From the NCBI GenBank assembly GCA_964415355.1, contig CAYPYS010000001.1:283819-347818 (forward strand): DNA of 64,000 bases. Reading direction: 5' to 3'. The translations under genes were made by a program, and so were the position numbers. The notes under the pieces were generated by a model. That model saw only the letters and a list, made by a program, of their open reading frames with translations, ran no database searches and was not told the DNA's origin. This stretch comes from an uncultured Planctomycetia bacterium (GTDB lineage: Bacteria; Omnitrophota; Gorgyraeia; Gorgyraeales; Gorgyraeaceae). Numbering within the stretch: position 1 is the stretch's first letter; the number at the start of each line of letters is the position of its first letter. Positions 30,001-42,000 of this stretch are shown in pieces.

Positions 30001-33000
30001 AATTTTAGGTCTTTTTGTAATGCCGAATCTACGAAAGATCTTAGTTACATAAGCTGCTGAACCAGTTGCCGTTAATTGCGCATAATCAAAGCTGTCAGCT
30101 TTCCAAACCGTATCTGCATAATGCAGTGCATAAGCCATCAGAATAGTGCCAATTCCCTGATTCCTAGACCCAGAAGCAACAGCCAAACTCGCAAGAAGAA
30201 CAGTTGTATCTTCCTTAGATATATAGACGAAAGCTATTACATCTCCGTTATCATCCTTATAAACCCAATAAGGTGTAGCAGAAGGGTTTATAATTATTTT
30301 AGGGCAGGTTGAAGCAGCCAGATAAATCAGGAGATTGAGTTCATTAATCACATCAACATCTTCATTGGTCGCTGGCTCAATACGCTCCCACATTGCCTTT
30401 GAGAAAACATGTCTTCTCCCAAAAATCGTCACCTCAATTGTCTCATCCTCTTGTACTCCTCCTCCAAATCCAGCAGCTGGAACTATTTCTATTTGGTTTC
30501 GAAGCTTCTCACAAAGTCCTAAGACTTTGTGATCTGCATGAGCATCACTAAAAGTAATAGCAGCCATCAGACTATTCCATGAAGGAAAATTCCATGCTTT
30601 CACTAAATCCTCTTGAGTCTCACCAAAACGCTTCAGCAAGACAAATGTACCTGCCCATTCAAAAACCATCTCGATCTGAGACGTAGACCTTGTATAGTAT
30701 ATTCTGGCTGTTCTTATACCAATCAGAAAACGTCTAAACCTAGTAGGATCTTTATTTAATTCTTCACGCGTTACTTCTAATAATGGAAGCAATTTTCCTC
30801 CTTTCGCCTGATCAGGAGTAGGCACTTCTTCTGAAATAGCACGATAGAGTGCCCAAAAAGCCTTTTCTCTGGGAGTCTTCTTGTTGCCTACGTGGTTCTC
30901 TAAAGCCTTTAATAGACCCCCGTGCGGACGTTTCTCTGAGGCATAACCCAAAGTATTGGCTAATTTCTTTCTATCGCTAAATCCTCTTACAAAAGCTAGG
31001 GCCCATTTTTCAAAACCAGGCCAATCAATAACTTCTTGGCTTATGAAGTATATCCCCAGCCATGTCTCAAAAAGTTCAGGTTTTTCCATTACACCTTTCA
31101 ATGTCACATCTGCTTCACCAGAAAATTCTTGTGCACGCTCATAAGTCTGTACTTTTATTAAAGCTTCGTGAAGCGTCTCTCTGGCTGAGATGATTTTTTG
31201 ATCATGAGTTCCCTTAGCTTCAAAACGACTAATAAGCGACCTGAGGCTACGAAATCCCCATATCTTTATTGTCAGATATTCTAGCTTTATATTTGTCCCC
31301 TTTATTTTTTCTATTTCTAACGTAGCCCACTTTAATACCTCTATTGGCTCTAGGCGTAGTCGTCTCGGCCAGAGCTCATAAAGTTCTTTGGCTCTTTTTA
31401 GTTCTCCTCTTACTGATATATACCATTCAGTCCATTCAAAAAATGACCTCTTGCCTCGTTTAAGATCTACAACTGTTGGCGCTTTACCTTCAGCTATTAT
31501 CTTAAACAGAATCTTTAATACCTCATATGCGTGCTCATCGTCATTATTTTTTGCATACTCATTGCAGGATTCAGTCAGACGACGGCTAATGATATTCATA
31601 GGAGGGGTTTCACCTTGTTCAAAAATACCCAGCTTGACTACAATACGCGCCGTACCAAGATCTTGCTCTGCCATCTCTATAACCTGAGCGACTACTGCAT
31701 TAAGACTTTCTTTGGGTAAATAATATAATTTCTTTTCTTGAGGGTAGTCAGGCGCCGCATCAGCTGAATCTTTGGGCATCTCTATAGGTGGCTCAGGTGT
31801 TTCGCTAGGCGTATGAGGAGGCTCACCGTTTTCACAAACCTTGTTAACTATTCTGTGTAACTCATAAAAACGCTTTACAACGTCAGGATGGCTAGGTTTA
31901 ATTTGCAATCTATTAATCAATCCAGCAGTTGTCCTGAAACTCCTATGCCCCCATCTGTCTAGTCTTATCTCAGGCCTTTGCGCTTCTTCTATAAAATAAT
32001 CCAGCACCTCTAAAGGCCTGTCACGAAGACAGACAAGCCAGATATTATAAATACGCTGACGATAAGAATCTGGAACATTTTCAAGAATAGATGCCGTATT
32101 GCTAAGCCAATCATTAACCCACGATCTAAACGTAATATCCATTTGCTTTCCCTCTTCAAGCTCGGAACGCGATAAGCCCAGACCTGGCCCTATAATAATT
32201 CTAACTACTGCTCTTAACGCAATATAACACTCCCCAACATCAGGATCTTTAATTTGAAAATGTCTTTGAGATCCCGTTATTTTGTTTATAATGCCTCTTT
32301 TCTTATCTGTACATTCTAATTCTCCAGGCTGAATAATACCTGCTGCTATAGCAATCTCCTCTATCCCCTTGTTCTCCTCAGCCATTGCAACAATCTTTTT
32401 GATAACCTTATCAAAATCATCATCTGTTAATTTATAAGGTTTAGACTTAATGTGACCAGCGGGATCTGGAGCTCCAGCTCGTATAGATCTTCCAAACTCT
32501 ATATTAGCCAGTTTTATATCTTTAATACCTGCCTCGTCAAATGCTTCTTGATCTATCAGCTCAGCCCAGCCTCTAGCAATAATTCCAATAGCGCTTCTGT
32601 ATTCTCTCCTTTTCACCCAAGAGTCTACCGCTAAAAGCCATAAGGTAAAGGCATTAAGAAGCTGCTCCCTAGAAAATTGCTGCATCCCGACTCTCCGATA
32701 AATCTCCAAAGTCTCTTCATACCCACCAGGCCTCTCTTCTAGGCTAAATTCAAAATCTGAATCCCATCTCGTAGTTATTCTGGCTATCTCCATATCCATT
32801 TTTGCAGTATAGTAAAGATCATTTTTCATCACAGGAAATATTATCACATTGCCTGTATCAGTACATCTCAGTAAATATATCTTTTTTCCTTCAGATAATA
32901 CAAAGAGGGCTTCTAGGAAATTTTCTGCTTCCTTGCCTTTACTTATCCCAAAATGATCTATAGCCTCTTGAACTGTAAACCATGCCCGTCCAAAGTGCTC

Positions 33001-36000
33001 CCCTATCTTCTCAAAACTTTTCTGATATATCTCGGGAGAAACTTTCTCCTTGTCAGGCTTTGGTGTCTTCACCATCATCACAAACGCGCCGACGGCAAGA
33101 AGTTCTTCTATTATGTCTATTAAAAACATGATCCCTTGTTCTATAAGAGGAAATATATAACGTTCCAGGAAGACATGGTGGAGAATAAAAGTTAATACTG
33201 TAATTGCTAAAGCTAGCCCAGCTCCTTGAGCTCTGAGCCTGCCTGCTTCTGCAATGTCTCCCTGTTCCTTTTTATCTTTAAACTCATCTCCTACAGACAG
33301 AAATTTACTAGTTACCCCAATTAAAACTGCTGTGACTAACAAGATAAATAACACATCCCAGACAATATCAGGAGAAGGCCCTGCCTGGATAAACTGTGGC
33401 AAACTTAACATTTCAACAATGTTGACATTGTCAAAGAAAAGGTTTACTTGGTTGGCAAAATAAAAAAGTGGCAGAGGTATGATACAGCGCATCCTTGATC
33501 TGTCGAATAAAGATGATACAACAAGCGCCAACAAAAGAAGTACGCTTATTAACAATAAAACTTCTTTGGGTAAATTTAGAAAACGATCCGTCGCTAGCTT
33601 GCTTCCGGTTATAATCCTGTCGACGCCCTCTGGTGTTACCGTAGGAATAATTGGTGACGGTGTTACAACCGGCCCTCCAAAAATCCCTTCACCCAGGCCG
33701 CTTATAATAGAAAGAGGCGCGGAGATACATGACATTAATAATTCATCGACAGCTTGCCTGATTCTGGAATCTTGTTTTTTCCTGCGCCTAACATTAGTAA
33801 TACCTACTTCGAGCGCTTTAGCCACATCTGTCGTACTAATCCTCTTTCGCCCATTATTTCTTAGTTTCGATGCTATAACTTCTACATTCCTATGTCCAAA
33901 ATGTCCGTCTGCATTCCTTCCTTGTCCTTTTTTAAATCCTTCTTTGTCTAAAAATTCTGACAAGCGACCCTCTGATAGTCGTATAGCTCTCATAACATCA
34001 TTTGTGCCAACGCCTAATCTGTTAGCTAAATTCCTGCTGGTCTTTCTATGAATTTTCCAATAGGCTCCTGTTGCTGCTTCGCGCACTTCACTCTCACTAA
34101 GATCAACAGCTGCTTTACGCGAACAACTTACAACCATCATAGGGATAACAATGTTAAAGTGTATACTTAAAGATTGCTTCGCACCTATGGCACTCGCAAT
34201 GACAGAATACAATGCAATAAGGGCGATTATAGCTAACAATAGGAGGATAAGCTTTGCTCTGGAGAAAGCTAAGCTTGGTTTCTTTTCTTCCCCTTTATTT
34301 CCATTTAATAAACCATCAAGCAATTCTCGGATTCTGTGATCTTTTTTCGTCTTTACCCATAAAGTCGAACTATTAACTCCGAGTACAGAAGCTACATCTT
34401 TCTGTGTAATATTTGATTTCCGTGTAGCACCTGAGCTTCTCGTTCCTCTTAAATATTTTATAGCAGCCGCGACATTTCTATGTCCATAATGTTTTTTATT
34501 CCCAACTGCCGAACCTGTTACAAAATTCTTTTCTCCTAAAAATTCTACTAAGCCGGGCTTGGACCTCATAATAGCACTCTGAACATCATCTTTGCCAACG
34601 CCTAATCGATTGGCTAAGTTCCTAATATTCTTTTTTCTAAACAACCAATATATACCTCCTGCTGCCTTACGCACTTCACTCTCACTAAGATCAACAGCGA
34701 AGTTTGTACGGTTAGACCCTGCCACAAAGTCCTTGTCTGTTGTATCTACCTTTAATATAAGTTTTCTGCCATCACCTGAAACTCTTGTTGCGTGGTAAGA
34801 AACCGGCTTTTTACCATCAGGAATAAATACAAATATCTCCTTAGCAGCCGTTTCAAGCCTAACATCTGACGCCAAGATAGCCTGTGCCTTCTGTAAATTT
34901 ATTGCGCCTTCAGATATATCATCCAAAACAAGTCCATTCTCTATCAATAGAGTTATTACATCGATCCTTGCCTCATCCATGATCTCAACAAGCACGCTAA
35001 CAAGGCAATTCTCTAGCAGTAAATTGTTAATATGGTACCCAAATGCCTGGTTTGCCTTCAGGTATTCTTCTCTGTCCTTACCTTTATAGTCGACTTCTCT
35101 TCCACCGAGCTTTTCTATAAGCTCCATGAACTCTACTCTTTCTTCAAAGACATATAGGATGCGTTTATTTTTACCCTGGATTATATGCTCTACGGCTGCT
35201 TTTCCTAAGAGACTGCACATGGCCATGTCAACTTCAGAAGTATCAGCTGACCTATAGAGATAATCTATCTTTCCAGCCTCTCTGACTTTTATACCTGCAG
35301 ACTCGCATAGATGGCTTATGATGGCTGTAGTGATACGTCCTGCATCCTTTAGTTTTGGATGTCCAAAGCCGTCGACTTTTCCTTCAGCCTGCTGAAAAGC
35401 CATTCCTGCAACTTCGTCTTTACTAAAGGCGTTTCTCAATACTTCTTCATTATTGGCAAAGCCCTTGTCTATCTTTACGCCTTCCGAAACGATCACTATT
35501 GCGTAGCCGTAATCCTTATAGTAAGCCAAGAGGTCTTTTCCTAGCATTTCAAGGTCAAGGTCTTCTTTTTCAGGTATAAGGGCAAAGGCTACATTGGCTC
35601 TTGCGCCTATAGCCATGGGTGCAAAACCAGCGTTTCTCCCAAATACCTCTATTACCAGGATATAGCCAGTAGAGGAGGCATCTATTATTGCGTTCTCTAC
35701 GCCTAGCGTGCCTGCTTTGACAAAGCTGTCATAGCCATAGGTAGAAGCCCCATGAGGAAGGGCAATGTCATTATCCATGGTCTTGGGAAGGCCTATGATT
35801 AAAAATTCAGGAAGTATCTCTTGTAACCTGTAGGATGCTCCATTAGTGTCGTCTCCTCCGCAGGTTATAAGGCCGTCTAGCTTTAAGACCTCAGTAATAT
35901 TTTTTCCGATAAGTTCGGGTATACCGCCTTCGATGTTCTTCTCGCTAAATGGATTAAACCTGGATGTGCCAATGATAGTAGCTCCTTTTGTGCGGTGCAG

Positions 36001-39000
36001 TTCTGCTTCTTCCAGCGTAATAGGAGCTGCTTTTCCTAAAAGTTCCTCATCTGCCAGGCCTTTCCAGCCGTTCCTTATTCCGATTATTTCTATGTTGCCT
36101 TCATCATGTGCTCTTTTTACAGCTGAATATATGACCTCATTGTGGCCTGAGGCAGGTCCGCCTCCTGTGAGGATACCGATCCTTTTTGTTGGTGAGACTG
36201 TGCCGGCAAATAGAGCCACCCCTATTCCGTAAGTATACATTTCAACATTGTTAGATTGTGAAGTTAAGAGTTCTAAGGGAATAGATATGAATGCATCATT
36301 GAATGTGGATAAAAGAGCAGTGACAAGAATTGCTATGCAGAGCAGAATAAGGACTGTCCAACGTGGCGAACCTCGCGGAGATTTATTGTTTCTCCAACCC
36401 TTTGATCCAAAAAGACCGAGGAACATAAATGCGTATGCGAGAGATTGCTTCACACCTGCGGTATTCGCAATGACGTCGTGTTTATACATCGCGATCAGGG
36501 ACACGCTATCGAACAAATTAGCAAACGGTACAAGAAACTCAAGAAGCTCTGGATATATATCTATCGCGATCGGTAATGCATAAGAAGTGGCTCCCCACAT
36601 GGTCCACGCAGACTGAACTGACATTGCGATGAGGCCAAAGATCGACGTTTGTCCAGCAAAGCCTTGGCGTAAAATAATGCTGCAAATTAATAATCCATAC
36701 AAGATCGCAAATATAATAATAAAACTAATCGGATTAGCAATTAATCTAAGGGATATCCTATTGAAAATCGTGTCGATAATAGGCTGTTTCTTATCGGCAG
36801 ATCTATTTTCTAAGCTGTCTTTAACTTTTCTTAGTATCTCAATTGAATCGCACATAGACTCTGTAAGAATTATACACCGAGGTGGCGCATCCATATCAAA
36901 GATATATCTCGTCACGGTCTCCAATCTTCTAAGATCTTCTATATCTAGCTCCTTCCCTAAAGCCCTGAACTCTACACCTTTTAAAGCGGTGTCTCCTAAC
37001 ATAGTTCTTATATTAACTAGAGTATCCTCTGCGCACTCTGCCTCTCCTGCAAGAAGAACAACGGGAATATTGCCTCTGTCTTTGCCTAGTTTTAGCAAGG
37101 CTTCACTAAAACGAGAAGGATATTCAATAACGTCTTTATCTGTGAATAGAACTGGAGTTTCTTTCAAAGTAGAAAGATTCACTGAGTAACTTCTAAATAA
37201 CATTAAAAAATCTTTGGTAAGTGCCATAGGATCTTCTATCATCTCTCTGCAAGCTGGGTATAGCATTAATAAATCTTCAGTAAAATCTCCTGGCCTAGCA
37301 GCTATCCACTTATCTAATTTATCCAATGTTACCCACTTCACAGCATGCACTTCTTCGTTTGGATAGATCTTCCCGTCAAATCTAGCAAAGGCAATATGCA
37401 TTGGCACATATTCACTCTTAAAACCAGAACCGTCTTTCTTTAAACGTTGCGAGATAAAACTCATTGGTGTACCAAAAATTCTAAAATCTACATCGCTATC
37501 CCTAACCTTTCTCTCATTTCGTAATTCTTCTATAAATTCCCTGGGTACTGTTACTTCAAGAGATTCTCCGCTTATAGAATGACCTGCAAAAGATATATCC
37601 CAAAGACTAGGATTATCCTTAGTTGAAGCGCGTTGCTGAAGAAGTACCTGTCCTTTTGAATTTGATACAAAACATTTCATATGCTTGTTTAATAGACCCA
37701 ACTCATGGATTATTTTTCTGGGAAGACTACCCATGTATATTATTCTCCCATTACCATCCTTTTCAAAATAATCTAGGATCTCGATTCTTTGTCTTAACTC
37801 TAATAGCATCTGAGTAAAGTCAGATTCTTCTTTATGTCTACTTACTATATCTAAAATTATTTCAAGTTCTCCTACTATCTTTCCATTTTCCTGATAATAA
37901 ACAATTAATGCATCTAATATTTTTATAACTATATTAAAATTAATATCATATAGTTCTCTATTATATAAAACATCGATTAGGCGAGCATAGGCTTCCAAAA
38001 ATCTCTCCTGCTTGCCATGCATAAGACCCGTTAGAAGATTCATTGTAGCAGAAGATGCTGAATCAAAATGCTTGGGTATCCCAGTAAGCATAGAACGAGC
38101 TTCTTTTTTTATTAAAGCTGTGACATTAAGATCTCTTTCTGCAGTGCTCCTATCATGGCGCACCACCCAATCAAACAACTCCAAATTCTCTTCTAAGACT
38201 TCAGATCTATCATTAACTATAGTTATCACATCACTTAAATCAGATATACTTGTCAAGTAGTCTACTATAAAATCAGCTCCTTTTAGTAGTCGCTTAGCAA
38301 TCTTTGTTCTGTTGCTCAATCTCTCTCCAAGGGTTTCTTCGAGAGCACCTACAATAGAAGCCTTATCTAAATCTTGAACTCCTTCTGGTGATACAGGCAT
38401 AATAAAAGCTACTCTTGCATGAGGAAAACTCTTCTTTAAAATTTTAACATGTTCTATAGAAGCCATATGAAATAGCAAGATCTTGCCTTCTCTAGTAAGC
38501 TTATCGAGCTCTTTCTTCTCAGATGCATAGTCGTCTCCGTAGATTTCCCATTGTACATCAAACTCCCCTCGATCTTTTTTCGCCTCAAACTCTGCTCTAG
38601 TTACACATTTTTTATCGTCTCCTGGGCCACGATAAGGTCGCGTTGTCCAGCGCGTAGGACATACCACTTCATCTGGATATTGTCCCTCTAAAAAATTCAT
38701 AAGAGTACTTTTGCCTGCGCCAGAAGAACCTGCCACAGCAATAACAGTCTGCCTTGTCACTTCTTGACCTATATCATTATATTTTTTGTAGATTTGATGT
38801 AATAAGAAAAGACCTATGCCTATTATAGCTAACATAATCTCGTAACTTAACACTTTAATGTTGTTGAAATGTAAAATTAGGGTGAGGACAGCGCCTATCC
38901 ATGCAAAGATAAAACCTACAAAGATCAGAGAGCCCTCTTTGTCGCTTCCTATCTGTATTTTTAGTATCTCTTTTTCTGATAACTCAGGATTCTTCTGATG

Positions 39001-42000
39001 CAGGAGTTCATGTTCAAACACTATATTCTGTGCCCATTTAGGGAGATAACCATAGGCGGGATGATATTGGATAGTATCAGTAGTTTTATCATATGAGGCT
39101 ATTGCAGTACTATAATATGCTATGAATCTCGGAGGGCCTCTTTTCTTTATTGTATCTATTATAAAGGCAAGATATATTGCAAAAAATAACATGAGAAATT
39201 TCACGGCCTTTGCAAACTTAAGGTTAGTAAGGGCTATCCATGCTCCCTGTAAGGCAACCTTAGGAGACATAGTACTCTGTAAATTAGCAGGCAATGTCTC
39301 TGTACGAAGCGCATCTCTCCTTGAAATGCTCAAGGCCAATTTTTCTGCCCTTGATGGCATCTCTTCAAACGTTAAAAGCTCTGATAATATCCAAGCGTCC
39401 CACTCTCCTGGAACAGGCTCTGAAAAACCGAGACGGTTCTTTACATCATCTAATAACCAGCTAAGAAAACGGGTCAATTCTTCCGCGGACATTCCCCTGT
39501 CTTTAAAATCCTTATAAGCCCGTTTAGCGATAGGCAATAATAACTCTAAGGATGTATTTTTATGATGCCGCAGCCATCTCTGGATATCCAAATCGGCTTC
39601 CAAGATGCCATGACTGCGATACCACGTAAACCTCCCACTTGCACGCCAATAGTCCAATCTGCTTCCTACAGGCAGCCCTGTATTAAGCCACTTTTTAGTT
39701 TCGGCGTCATGCTCACCAAGCTCCCAGAGCGACCATTCAATTAGTCTGGCCATTCTTTCTTCGCTCTTGATCTGTGCCTTTTTACGGGCAATCAAAAGAT
39801 CTTCTAAGGAGATCTTTTCTCCTATCAGCTCCTCGATGCTGACATAGGGCTTTTCCATTACAATCACGCCAGCCCCTGGCTGATGGAACCATCGTCTATC
39901 AGACCAGCGATAAGAAGCGTCAAAAAAGAGAAATCCTTCCCGTTGCAAAGAATCCACCCATTGCTCGATTGCCTTGAATTCAAACGGAAACGGCATAGGG
40001 CATTCATTGACAATAATATTGACATACCAATCACTGAAAGCCAAAAAGAGGTTTTTCTGCTCACGATTTAAAGCTAGGAATAAGTCACGCAACTCTGGAA
40101 ATTCAGGGTCGCTACCCACAGTAATAAGCATGGAGTAGCTGTCTTCGAATAGCATTAATAGTCCCCCTTGTTTTAAAATGCGCTTATTTTCCTCTACAAA
40201 GGAACTGAAAAATCTTTCTTCTACATGATGCATAACAGTATGTTGTATTACTACATGGACTTCTCCATCTCTAAAAGGCAAGCTAGTAGGATCAGTCTGA
40301 TGACAAAAACTTACTCTCTCGCCTTGGTATGGTTCATTAACTCCCATGTCACAGCCTATAACCCTAAGCCACGGCCTGCCTCTGACCATCTCCCTTCCAA
40401 GAAGATTCTTGCCCGCCCCTATATCAGCAACAACTACATCCTCGCCTGTATGGTCGTAAAGCGCATCGATATATGGCATGACTAACTCTAAAGTAGGTTC
40501 GAACTTATTCCCGCCCTGGCGATAGAGTCTGTAGGCTTCTTGAAATTTAACATCTGTCTTAAAGCGAATGACTTTATCATAAAGAACCTCTTGCGCTTTT
40601 ACAGGATCATTTGCATGTTCTCCCAAAGTATCTATGATCCTCTCGGCTAGGTCAGAGGGAAGTTTGTATCGCGAATATCTAAGTGTTAGTAGCCCTAATA
40701 TTACTTCTCTTACTTCCAAATCCTCTAAGGCTATAAGAGGATTCCAAGCTAATGGAAATTGATTTTCTTTAATAGCGACTGCACCTAAAGCTTTAGTTAA
40801 TAGATTCTTCCACGGTGGACTGCGCGGAGAATCACTGTTTCGCGAGTCTTGTGATCCGAAAAGGCCTAAGAGCATAAGAACAGGGCCTATAAGAGATTGC
40901 TTAACCTCTGTGGCGGTCGCGATGGAGGCAGTAGAGGCAAATATACCTGATCTCCCCAACATCTGAATAAGGTATATTAACATTAACGAAATAGAAAATG
41001 GATTAACGATCCACATCATAAAACCATCCCGGAACCTTGGATATCTCCAGGTAATCCTGCCTTCTGTAATAGGACGTCCCATAGGAGAAGTCGCTGTTAT
41101 TTCTCCCTCTACAGAGCCTTCTCGTATGTCTAAATGGCATATCCTGATCACTGTTAGGAAATGAATTAACGCGACAATAGAAAATATCCAATAACTGGCT
41201 GTAAGAAATGTAAGATCAAGGACATCAAAGGAAGTGACAAAAATCCACGCAGCAACACCTAATATAACAAATATACCTGTTGTCCATTGCATCCATCTGC
41301 GATATTCTCTTTGAGCTCTAATAGCTGTATTCTGATAACCGCGTTCTGCAACCTCAGGTCCCATATTGGAAAAAGGATCATCTGAGTCAGGTTGTTCTAT
41401 AATTTCTGGCATAGGCCTGAAGAAATCAAGCCACCACGCAGTCCCAATACCAATGCCAATACAATAAGCTATAAAAAAAGCCTTAAGCCCTGCATGTCCT
41501 ATGTTCAATAGTGCATTTTGATTTATAGAGTACAAGACCCATGAAACCCATGCCCCTATGAATAGATACCATAACAGCCTATAGAAATTCAGCATTCGCC
41601 TGTTTATAGAGTCATCATCGGAAACCGTGCCTATAAAGATAAGGAAAGAACTGGAGAGTACAGAAAAGGAAGACATGTCAGAGACTATTCCTGGCGGGGC
41701 ACGGCCGGCAAATATGCTTCGAGCAAAGTCGAGGAAGTGCCGAGATGTCCCGGCGAGGCCAATCTTTGTGCCATCAAATACCAAAGGCAGCCAGTCTACA
41801 TTTTCCTGGAGCGTCATAAAAAACCAGCCAATGCCAAAGGCAGCTACTATGATAACAATCAATCCGATTGCAATAGCCCATAGGCTAAATTCTCTATTTT
41901 TTGCTTTAGATAGATCAACATCTCTTGCAACATGTTCGTTAGCAGCTCTACGCTCTCCTGTCTGAGCCTTCTTTGTCACGCTCCTAGCCCACATAGCTAA

